This document shows positions 13,901 to 24,599 of a DNA stretch of 64,000 bases, in pieces. Below the pieces are notes generated by a model. The model was given only the letters and a program-made list of their open reading frames with translations, searched no databases and was not told where the DNA came from. The stretch is taken from positions 11,287,129-11,351,128 of the forward strand of contig CM082576.2 in NCBI GenBank assembly GCA_040954595.2. The letters run 5' to 3'. A program made the translations under genes and the position numbers. The DNA comes from Balanoglossus misakiensis. Lineage: Eukaryota > Animalia > Hemichordata. How positions within the stretch are numbered: the first letter of the stretch is position 1; the number at the start of each line of letters is the position of its first letter.

Positions 13901-16673
13901 TTGTAAAGTGAATCTACAGATCAAAGAAACATTTACCTTTGTGTTTTCTTGTCATCTTATCACACTTTATTGTGGAATCTTTTATTTTCATATGGTAATC
14001 TACTAAGAATCTCTTCTCCTGTTCAAAGAAGGTGTCAACATCCTGTCGATGAAAGAAAAAAAAATTACAAAAAAGTTGAAGATATGACAGCAGTGGGCAC
14101 CGCTGGAGATATTGAAATTATGGGCAAGTTGTCAGTTCTATGTAAAAGTACAAAACAGAGTGCTGATCATTGACTGCCAAGTATTTCACAGGTTGGGCAA
14201 TCATATGAAAAGGGGCAGTGATTTTATATAAACTCCATATATATTATACATACTAGTACCTTCTGTCCAGATAGCAGCACTTCATCAACAGATTTTGTTA
14301 AAGTTCTGAAGATGCCACTGACTCTTTCTTTCTTGTTCTTCCCTCTAACGCTTAGCTGCAAACAGAACGAAATTGAAAATGATCACTCAGGGATGAGTAC
14401 AGAGGAGTAAATATTTGGAACGATGGAAACATACACTTGAGCTCTTTGATATACAGTAAAACTGGGGATCACGCGAATGACTAGTGTGGTACTCTACTTA
14501 CATCTTGGTCATACTCCAAGAATACTCTGAAGTTATGATCAGTTCTCAGAGTAGGATGGGCTGCTAATCTCTGTAGAAAGACTTCGTGCATAGCAACTGT
14601 CTTCTTAAACGTTGCCAAATATTCTCTGCACAGCAAACCCAGAAAAGAAATAATAAAACATCAGCTACATCGCTGTGCAGTCATACTCGGAAATCAGGAA
14701 CAGCAATTCTTTGTAATGCTGTTGATTGCATGACATCAACTGACAGGCAAGTCATTTTATGTGGAATAGGTACAATGGTACTGTAAAACATTGCTCATAA
14801 CATGATTATTTTACACTGATTACAAATATCAATATGTTGAACTTGATGTGTATGCAACTGTCCACATTAACAAAGACGCAACATATTATTGACTAACATA
14901 AAACAGTCATACTTTGTAGTGAACTTACGCTTCAAGCTCTTGCTTCATTTTGTTGAACTCTTCTTTTGTCATCGATCCTTCGCCTTCACCTAGCTTTTGA
15001 AGTTTTTCTCTGGAAGCATCAAAATCTGGCTTTGGAGGAGGGGGAGGAATCTAACACACAAATAACACAAGGATGTTCTCAGTCAACATTCAAATTTCCT
15101 TTAAATTTTTCATCTCATTACCAATTACTTCTGAAGCTGTTGACTCAGGTTCTTATTCAGAATACACCATTCAATAAAAAATACTTATGATATTAATTTA
15201 ACACGCACAAATTAACATCTTAATTGTACACTTACGACTATTCCTGCATAATCTTCACAATCAGTGTAAGTATCATGCAACCATACAAACTCTTCATGTT
15301 GACGGACCACAGAAAAGTCACTTTCTCTGAATTCAGGTAAGGTTGTCTGTTTGATTAACATCAAAATCACAAATATGGTAAAACAAAGCAACTTAAATTG
15401 TAATACTATTGACAGAGAAAAATCAATATATCAGCAGCCCAACAAACACAAGTTATTGTTCTTTTCAGAACATATTCCATCAATAAAATAGAAAAATGGC
15501 AAACTGGGAATATAACCAACATCCAACTCCACTATGGACAACATGTAAGTTCAGTATTTGAACTTAATCATCCTAGCATGGATTCTTATCTAACCTAAGA
15601 CAAAAAGTTCTCATATTTACCTTTGTGTGCACAGTGAATTTGACTTTATCTCTTTCACTTAATGCATCTGAGATATCAACTATAAGTGAAGTATCTGTAT
15701 TCAAATCCACAGTCTCCGACCTCCCCTGCAAGGAAGTGAAAGGGAAAAAACAGTAGTAAGAATGCTCTGCTTACTGTCCATTTCATGAATCAATCAGTGA
15801 GTAGCAATTACCTGATGGCTAACTTTGCACAGATTAACTGTGCAGATTGTAGAGAAATTTGATTACTGTGCAAATATCTTCTACAATTAATCACTCCCGT
15901 ATATCACACTATCATGGCACTACCAGTACACTGTACATAGGTAGGCTATAGGTAGGCTATAACTTAGTCTAGAATCTATCTACGAACGGATAGATTCTAG
16001 ACTAGCTATAACTTGTATATAGCATAGATAACATTACATTTGTACATGAACAATGTGTATACATTTGTAGTTTTGTATCACTATATACTGTAATTGCTAC
16101 AAAATAGTACAATTCATCTACATGACCAGACAATAAATATTCACACAATAATTGTACCTTCTGAACACAAGAAACGTACCATAAGTGTTTGTTAGAGGAG
16201 CGGAGAGTCTACTTCTACAAGCGTAAAAAGGGGTGGATGTGTCTGCTGTTTAGTTTGGCTTTGCATTTCACCTGTCAACACAGCAATGCAGAATCATGGG
16301 TCGGCGTGTCACTTTCGCCATTTTAAAACGCACAATAACCCTACCGTTATTATGCGAGATCTAAGTAGACGTAATTGCCGTTCAAACTGTTTGGCAATAT
16401 GAATTTTAACCACCGAGTGTGGTGTGAATACACGGCTAGAGTGTATGGGGGGAGGTGTTCTTCTTCCTGTTTCACAACCAGGAAAGCAAAACGAGAGGTC
16501 GACAGTAGGGGCAAGTCGGTGGCGGCTTACCTTGTTCTGGTCCTCGGAGAGGAGGTCAGGATGATCATCCAGTCCGTCCTGGAAGAAAGCATAACATTGA
16601 TAAATTACATTTTTCTACAGATTCAATAAATTGAGAAAATTTATTGGGACACGGAACACACACCCACCATCAT
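10914..16673 (-). CDS. SNX6: Sorting nexin 5/6 (PX-BAR); about 13 coding exons, the first only ATG-ATG (16673-16668)
   Basis: Spliced translation MM|[16 protein letters not shown]...[20 protein letters not shown]...[15 protein letters not shown]...[38 protein letters not shown]...[27 protein letters not shown]...[13 protein letters not shown]|[18 protein letters not shown]. Closely matches the SNX5/6/32 family as I recall it. Confidence 0.95.
15965..16004. mobile_element. 40-bp mini inverted-repeat element with TAG...CTA termini and 9-bp TSD
   Basis: gctataact|tagtctagaatctatc-tacgaacg-gatagattctagacta|gctataact (16-bp perfect TIRs). Confidence 0.8.
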
Positions 16674-16800
16674 GGCTGCTAGTGTTACAACCAAGGTTAT
16701 CACGTGATAGCGATACTTTCGCAAAGGACGCCGGGACCTCAATAAACACTGGATCGGCGCGAATGCAAAGGGTTTTCAAGAAGAGTCTTCGCACAGGTGA
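16674..16800. promoter_or_regulatory. Bidirectional promoter SNX6/MGME1 with a probable non-coding first exon of MGME1
   Basis: Palindromic TATCACGTGATA (~16698-16709) and CpG-rich sequence. A + strand donor ACAG|GTGAGG near 16797 and an acceptor TTATCCACAG at 17840 lie upstream of the MGME1 ATG. Confidence 0.5.
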
Positions 16801-16980
16801 GGATGAGGGCCAACGAACATTTGAGGTGGGAGAACACTAGTATTTGAAATAACCCACACACATGACATCCCTGCAGCCCATATATGTCAGCTTGTGCACG
16901 GTTCCAGGGATCTAGGGCGTGTCCAAACTTATATGGAGGGGGGGGGGGGGAGGTAATGCCTTCATCATTATGGCAGATAC

Positions 16981-17570
16981 TAGCTCTGGACTTATGCGCT
17001 GTTTGGGTCTACGCTGCTCTCCGTCCCCCACAGCTATGGAGCCATGCGTAGGAAATCCTGTTGGGTTGCGGAGCAAAATGATTCGCACCGATTTTCAAAC
17101 AATAAACTACATGAACATGTACATAATGTTGTCAGAAATAAAGATCGAACGAAAATTTCACAAATGGGAACCTACTTGACGTGTTTGTCGCCGAATCGTA
17201 AACGTCGTTAACGCAGCGCCGTAAAACTGGTGACCCTCCCATGCAAACACGCCGAGTAAAACACGTGTCGATCACATGACTTAAATGAAGGTGAACGTCC
17301 ATGTTTGCATGGGAGGGTCACCAGTTTTACGGCGCTGCGTTAACGACGTTTACGATTCGGCGACAAACACGTCAAGTAGGTTCCCATTTGTGAAATTTTC
17401 GTTCGATCTTTATTTCTGACAACATTATGTACATGTTCATGTAGTTTATTGTTTGAAAATCGGTGCGAATCATTTTGCTCCGCAACCCAACAGGATTTCC
17501 TACGCATGGCTCCATAGCTGTGGGGGACGGAGAGCAGCGTAGACCCAAACAGCGCATAAGTCCAGAGCTA
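16981..17570. mobile_element. 590-bp non-autonomous foldback DNA transposon: 269-bp inverted arms, 52-bp spacer, 9-bp TSD GGCAGATAC
   Basis: Arms 16981-17249 and 17302-17570 read as reverse complements, which is why the two mirror ORFs in the track have the same translation. ggcagatac at 16972-16980 and 17571-17579. Termini TAGCTCTGGA...TCCAGAGCTA. Confidence 0.92.
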
Positions 17571-17906
17571 GGCAGATACATGATGTAACATAACTGTCTG
17601 AGGCTGGAGGTGTGCTGCTAGATACTTATGTGTGGGATGATGGGGTGTAGTATTCTTCTCGTTTGTGCACTGTACTACAGTATAGCTGCAATAAGTGTAG
17701 CCTTGATGGGTTGCCACCCAACGAACTCACCAAGGCTACAATAAGACTCATTCAAATCATCCATCAGTGAGATTATGAAAAATTCTTTAACCGTGGTCTA
17801 ATGCAGTAGCTGTAAACTTATACCAATCTTTATCCACAGCTGGTAACATGATTATGGATAACAAGATTGACTCATAGTAACTTATATAGATAACAAAAAA
17901 TCCAAG

Positions 17907-19654
17907 ATGTTGCCAGCAAGCAGAAGAGGGGCGTGTCAACTCAGATTTATTAACCCAGGAATGTGCGAGTGGACTTCAGATCAGCCTTCAGCACAGGTTG
18001 CAAGATGGTATGGAACTTCAACAACTAGAATTGTACGGGTGACACCTAAGCCAATACTAAAACATGGCAGTAAGAAAGTTATATTGAAAGCCTCGCAGAG
18101 AGTGGACACTGCAGATGCTGTGGTTGAGCAGGGTAGTCCTACAATGACTGTAGGTCTCTCAAAAAACTTCACAAAAGTTCAACCCGAACAGTACTTGAAC
18201 AGGAGTGGTGGAATTGAAGAAACGGAGACAAAAAGTCTCGCCAGGTTTCCACTGACGAGGGATCCCGAATTCAGGAAGGAAGAATGGAAGTTTATCACTC
18301 CGGAAGTCGGTAAGAAGAAACGGCGCTTCCCGAGTGTGACACACATATTGAAGGAAACCATGCCGCTGAACAATTTCCTGATGTTACTGAGGTGGAAGCA
18401 GAGGATGATCGAGGAACTTGGTGAAGAGGGATTTGTGAAATTTAATGATCGTGAGTGTTGCCAGTGTGTACCCCGATAATTGTAGTTCCCAGTCAGTTTC
18501 ACTGGGGCTCCTCTTGTTATACCAATGAAGTCGAATTACTTGGCAGCAGAAGTGGTTCCCAAAGCATTTGTTGCTGTGTTCTCCAACATTGTCAAAACCA
18601 TTGATGATTGCAATACTCAAATTCAAGTCTCAAAATATACATTCAATAAGGATAAAATAAGTTATAATATTATCAAAGATAATGATTGTGCATCAGACTT
18701 TCTTGTATATGCATCAGCTAACTCGTATTATCATCATTACCTTTAGAAATGCTCAAAGAGGGCAGTGATTTGCACCGATACATCCAAATGTATTTGACTG
18801 GTACTCCACTGGACGACATCCATGTTGATGAAGCAAACGAAGGACACTGGAAGAGTCTGTCACACGTCTTACCACATATCACCGATGTTCGTGCAGTGGA
18901 GAAGTACATCAAACATCCATTTCTCCAGTACGCAGGATATCTGGATTGTTTAGCCGTATACAAGTAAGTTGACTTAATATATAAAACCGGTAACCATGCC
19001 AACATATCAAAATACAGACAAATGTTACTGTCATGTTAGGGTTAGGATACCGTGCGAGAGAAAAAAGCCCTAGAATTGTAATTGCAAAGCTAAATGTTCA
19101 TACGCAGTGTACATGGTGAACAGCCCTTTGTGATTTTGAGTTTATGCATCGGTATTACGTTTTAAATTTTTGTTTTCCTATGTGAATTATCCAACAGGGG
19201 GAAATTGTGTGTTATAGACTGGAAGACCTCCAAGAAACCCAAGCCAACACTAGCCAAGTGTTTTGATTCGCCATTACAAACTGCCGCATATACTGGTGCT
19301 GTCAACTTTTGCAATGAACTCGATATTGAGGTATGTTGATAGTGTGTGAGATTAATTTAGCAAAGACTATTGCAGCAATCATAGGCAGCTAACCGAATGG
19401 TAATTTTCGACTTGCGCTTGTCATGGAAGTAAACAAACATTACTGTTCCCTCTTCTTGCAAACTTTTCTTTCAGGTTGCGTATTCTCTGCTTGTCATTGC
19501 CTACAAGAATGGTCAGAAGGCTGATACACATTTCATGCCAGCAAAGCTGACTCAGTTTTACTGGCAGAAGTGGTTGAAGAGACTTAATGCGTTTCAAGAA
19601 TTGAAACTGAAGGAAGAGGAAGCAATGAGTGAGAGCACCAGTGACGAAGACTGA
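17907..19654 (+). CDS. MGME1: Mitochondrial genome maintenance exonuclease 1; exons 17907-18450, 18747-18963, 19198-19330, 19475-19654
   Basis: Basic N-terminal targeting-like segment; FPSVTHILKETM..LLRWKQRMIEELGEEGF; PD-(D/E)XK motifs YAGYLDCLA and CVIDWKTSKKPKP..PLQTAAY; C-terminal WQKWLKRL. Confidence 0.95.
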
Positions 19655-20362
19655 AACTGCCAGACCAAAGGGAGAGATTGGAAATATTTTACTCAGGAAT
19701 ATATTGAGCTGGTTCTATTTGATGCAATGTAGGGATAGCATAGGCATCAGAGAATGGACACATGTTATTATGTACGAGTGTCACGTGACTTCTATGGACC
19801 AATCAGCAAAAAGGGTGACCACAGCACCGTCAAACACTGCCATTTGTACTGTGCTACCTCACTGTTCTTCAAAAGATGGTAACCTAAACAAGCAACAATT
19901 ATGGTTCATGCATGTTGCTTTTGGATGCGTTGAGTATTTGATTCTCTCCACTTTCCTGCCATTTATCTCCAAAAAAAAGTTTCAATTTTACACAAGTTAC
20001 AGTTACAGTTGTCACTGCCAAACATCACTGTAGACTCCCTCTGTGATGTGTCACATCTTCCAGGGCATTACACAGATACATCATTACTGCACATCCTTGA
20101 TTTGGTGGTTAAAGTACAAGTTTGTGTTTCATTAAACCCTGTATCAAATCACCATATTTTTGATAGGTTTGTGAGAATAATAAAAAAAATTCTAAAACAA
20201 ATTAACAAAGTGGGCATTTTATTTGAAATAATTGCATCAAAAATGATGTTACTTCCAACCAACCACACTCTGACCAGAGTCTGATGACGAAAAACTGCGT
20301 GTTCCTATCTAAAGAGAACTGACACTTTTGACAAATTATTGTGTCAACTGCATAGTTGGCAT

Positions 20363-22814
20363 CTATTCCAGACTCATTAAATATTCAGTCAGTAAGTTGG
20401 CTGTATTTCTTCCACTGATGACGGAGCCTTCCATTGCACTCACGACACTCTCCATAGCATTGATGTTGTACAAACCTTTAGCCAACTCAATGCTTTGGTA
20501 TTGAGTGCCGCTTGACAATGGAGCCAGAACAGGAAATGTGTACGTCCAGAAATGGTCATACACTTGCACAACTCCTTCAAAGATGTCGCTGACAAACGCA
20601 GTCATATTCACTCGACTGAATATTTTGTAGATGTTGACTGCCCCAGCAGTGTCTAAATGCTGTATAGAAACCCATGGTGCCGTCGAGTTCGACGTTGTCA
20701 GGATGAACTCGGGCTCAACCCAGCTCTCGTTCTGACCGAAGTGGTGTGGATTAATGCGGGATGCTGTTACTATAGTGACAAACCAGTTTACCCAGTTTCG
20801 CACAGGTTGCTTTTTCAAAGGTTTGAAATTCAGAAATTTTATACCTAAAATGGAAAAATATATTGAAGACATGGTTAAGTTTCATATAAAAAAAACAGAC
20901 TCTGAAAATGAAAAACCCTTTGCATCCTGGTATTTTCGCTTGTAGGTTATACGTGGTCTACTGATCTGAGTGATCAGTACGTCTTCACACCAACTTTAGA
21001 ATTACGAGTACCAGTCTTGGTCCCTCGACAGCACTATCTAAAATGCTTTCTATCCCAAGTTCTAACAAACGCAACAACTCACCAGTCCATTCTAAAGGAG
21101 CAGCAATGACAACAGCATCAGCATGTATGGTTTTTGTCTTCCCGCTGTGTGTCTTGTAGGCAACACTGTAGGATTTGTCTGTATTCTGTGTCAGTGCAGT
21201 CACAGTAGACTCTAACAGTGCATGAGCTCCAGATGCCGACAGAAGAGCTCTTGGCAGCATGCTGTTGCCTTCTTTGGCAGAGTATGCTGTAAGTTGTAAG
21301 AGACAATGTCATGGAAAGCCATGTTTTGATTCCTCCTCAAAATTAAAAGTCAGCAAAGGACGATGTCAAAAGCTACATATGCTATTTTAGCCAATTAAGT
21401 AAGCCTTTCTGGCAACAAAATTTAACGGTCGTTGTAAAATGACCAACTGCAGCGACAAATATGGGAAGAATCTCTATTTTTTTAAAGGGATCCATCACTT
21501 ACCTGTTTCAATGGCACCTGTATAAGCCACAAAGCTCGCAAAGGCCTGAGTGCCGTCAAGTTGTTGATCATAGATATGGCGCAGCAATGGATCCATTCCA
21601 GCAAACTTCAACTCTGCAGCAACATCCTGAAAGAAATCCTCGCCACTCCTTGAGGCGTAGGACGATAAACTCCCAACCTCCAGAAAGTCAGGAATGAAAT
21701 GAAAAGGCTTGCCTGTCAGGTCACGTTCCAAATAGTTGGTTTCAAGCCTTGCCAGGAAAGTGCCCAGTTCAATGGCAACTTTCAGAGCAGAGATAGCGTG
21801 TGTCTGCAAGACTTCAACCAGATCCCAAGTTTTGTTACCATCCCATGATAACAGGCTCCCCTTACTAGCTGATGCGGTGTTATCCAGACTAGCACCTTGG
21901 ACTTCAACAGGAATTTGAAGTTCCTTGGAAAGCTCTACTAGATACCTGAATTGAATAATGAGAGAACATTTGTGTGATTTCTAAGATTACTTCATTGATG
22001 ATTGAATACATTGGAAGGAAATGAAAATAGACTTGCCTGTTTGATGTCGCCCATGCAGCAGCACCAACTTCAATAACTTTTCCATGTACAGTGATATTCT
22101 TGATTCGACCACCTGTTGATATCCAGGCAGACAAGTGTGTAAATAGGCATGCTTAGAGTATTTGCGATTGTGGCATAAATCAATCATGTAGTTTAGAGCT
22201 ATAGAAAAGGAATAAACAGAAACGGAAGCAAATATTTTTTTGAAACATTCCCTTCAGTTTATTGCTCTGTTACCTTCACCACGGAGCCCGTAATAATCCA
22301 TAGATGGCCGCTGAGGGCGTTACAGCGAAGTTTTGGGTGGATTGATAAACTTTTCCAAGTCTAATCCAGGAGTCTGATCTAGCTACACACGTACAATAGT
22401 GCAAACGACATTTCCTTCTCATCCTTTGGCTTTTCGGAGCCCCAGCTAATTGTTCCCATCGAACACGGGAAACACAGAAAACGGTAACACAATGAGAAGT
22501 CTGTAAACACCATAAACATAATAGAGATACCAGTCTTATATCCTTGCACATATCCTCGACTTGCGCTGGGAATATGGTATGGGGAATATCGGCTCACCTA
22601 TATCACCGGTCGATTCAACCACGGTTATGGAAGTATTGCCAAATTGTTTACTGAGATAATATGCACATGAAGTGCCTCCAACACCAGCTCCGACGATAAC
22701 GACATGTCTGTTGCCAGAAATGGGCCCATCAAGACGAAATGTCGAACTCCGTGTGCCAAACGTTAGAACAATTTGAAATACAAACATATGAAGTACGCAT
22801 ATTTTAAAATCCAT
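20363..22814 (-). CDS. PCYOX1: Prenylcysteine oxidase (PCYOX1/PCYOX1L family); exons approx. 22814-22598, 22112-22037, 21945-21503, ~21286-21082, ~20845-20363
   Basis: Signal peptide; FAD-binding VVIVGAGVGGTSCAYYL; IGGRI...IEVGAA; ADAVVIAAPLE; YKIFS; C-terminal LYNINAMESVVSAMEGSVISGRNTANL. Intron 2 is GC-AG. Confidence 0.88.
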
Positions 22815-23121
22815 AGTGACCAACACAGTTTAGAGTCTTATGAAAGAATGTTAAAGACTGGTCTATTTAACATCTACCAAGGTCTTGCTTCAGGTAAATG
22901 GCCGTCACATCAGACAAAAGATGTCAGTATGAACTTTGACACCAGCTTTATTACGAAAAGTTCAAAGGAGGATAACGCTGACATATCTGTAGGCCGTCTA
23001 CTGTTTAGGACTACAAATGTCGTTAAAAGTATATTTTCTTGCCTTACAAAACATTTCAGTTCATTGTTCTGCGCCAGTTGCCTAGGTACAACCATATTTT
23101 CACGAGGAATGCACCAAAGGA

Positions 23122-23523
23122 CTAATTGACGATGTAAATCTGAGTTGGCAACTGTCTCGTCTCCATCGTTTCCAAGGCTACCTCGTCTTCCGCAGATGTC
23201 AAGTATCTATTGACAACTTTTCTCCACTTTCCAGTTTTTCCGTTTCGTTCGACGTGAATGTCATCAAATGCTCTGATGATGATCCAGTCAGTCTGGCACG
23301 CTTTATCGCGTGTGTTTTCCGGAACCTTTCCATCACTTTTGGCTTTTGTGCGAGGAGTCTTTGAATGTGGAAAATGATTTGCGCGTTCCCGTGTTTTGCT
23401 TAAACGGTAGTCAACTATTTTTCGTTTTCGAAGGCCATACGGGTGCCGACTAGGCAATCCAGGTGAAATGTCCGGAAGGTTTCGTCTTGAGCTTTTCGAT
23501 TTCCTTTTTGTCGTACGTCTCAT
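23122..23523 (-). CDS. Orphan intronless Lys/Arg-rich 133-aa protein
   Basis: Uninterrupted ORF from ATG 23523 (MRRTTKRKSKSSRR...) with protein-like motifs (YGLRKRKIVDY, DKACQTD). Minus-strand AATAAA at 22952-22947. Divergent from the H3 variant. Confidence 0.6.
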   Translation of the reverse strand: MRRTTKRKSKSSRRNLPDISPGLPSRHPYGLRKRKIVDYRLSKTRERANHFPHSKTPRTKAKSDGKVPENTRDKACQTDWIIIRAFDDIHVERNGKTGKWRKVVNRYLTSAEDEVALETMETRQLPTQIYIVN

Positions 23524-23781
23524 CCTCCTCCTCACTGCAGTGTGTACGTGTGTAGACCTGCAAACTTGTTGTACTCTTCGAAACAGTTCGTTGCTGAGCA
23601 ACGGAATATTCGCACAACTGATCATGTGACACATGACGTTTCACGTCACGTGATTATGAACGAACGATGCACAGCAGACGACAAATTTTGTACATTTCTT
23701 TTATGAGTTTCCCTTCACACGACTGTCCCATGACACAGCCTTGTATTCTTTGTAAGGTGTAGGTGGCGTCCATAAAACACG
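23524..23781. promoter_or_regulatory. Compact bidirectional promoter (orphan ORF / H3 variant) with an E-box/CRE cluster
   Basis: atcatgtgacacatgacgtttcacgtcacgtgat at 23621-23654 holds overlapping CATGTG, TGACGT, ACGTCA and TCACGTGA motifs. Confidence 0.55.
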
Positions 23782-24599
23782 ATGGTGCGTACAAAGCAAG
23801 CATTCAAACGTACTCAGCAGGGTGAAACAATAATGACGACAAAAGCATCGGTTTTCATTCGACAGTGTGTGAAGATGAAGTCGAAGAATGGACAAGGCAA
23901 GAACCTGAGTTTGATAGCAGCCGGAAATCGAGTCGGTGGTATCAAACGACCCGTAAGATATCGTCCAGGGAACCTGGCATTGAAGGAAATTCGAAAATAT
24001 CAGAGAAGTTGTGAATTGCTTATTAAGAAGTTGCCATTTCAGAGGCTTGTCAAGGAAATTGCTCAGAACTATCGCACAGGGATAAGATTTCATACGGACG
24101 CGTTATTTGCTCTGCAGGTATGGTGGCAACGAAATCTCATCACCTATAACCCTTAATTTTGTGTCGTCTCGCCAAATTGAAAAGTAAAATTGAAAAAAAA
24201 ACCCCGCAAAGTCAGACTTCTTTGTGAAATTTTTAATACAATGAACAGGACCTGGTTTGTACAAGTGATATTGCCCTTGTTTTGGGTCGCAGTATTCGTA
24301 TGCAGTCAATTACCCATAAACACCTGTTGTCACTGAATGAAATAATTAATATTTTTACTGAATGATGAAGTTGAGACTCACTCATTGTTTATTGCACAAC
24401 ATTATAGAATTTTCCTAGTAGTAGGAACTAACATTCTCCCTCTCATTATCCATTTAAATCCATCTAACAGGAGGCAGCGGAAAGCCATTTGGTAGGATTG
24501 TTTGAAGACAGCTATCTGTGTTCACTTCATGCAAAAAGAGTGACATTAACACCAAGGGACATAGCTCTAGCAAGACGACTTAGAGGTGAAAGGTACTAG
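23782..24599 (+). CDS. Divergent histone H3 variant (154 aa; H3.3-derived or atypical cenH3); exons 23782-24117 and 24471-24599
   Basis: MVRTKQ...[61 protein letters not shown]|[42 protein letters not shown]. Phase-0 GT-AG intron at ALQ|EAAE; reading frame intact. Confidence 0.93.

Noticed and set aside
16919-17581. Two mirror-image ORFs (86 aa on +, 69 aa on -) with the same translation
   Set aside because: They arise from the inverted arms of the foldback element; no recognisable protein motif.
23782-24599. Labelling the H3 variant outright as CENP-A
   Set aside because: It lacks the loop-1 insertion and retains Q68/F84. Linkage does not discriminate, since human CENPA (2p23) and H3-3A (1q42) both lie in regions related to this block. 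Left unresolved.
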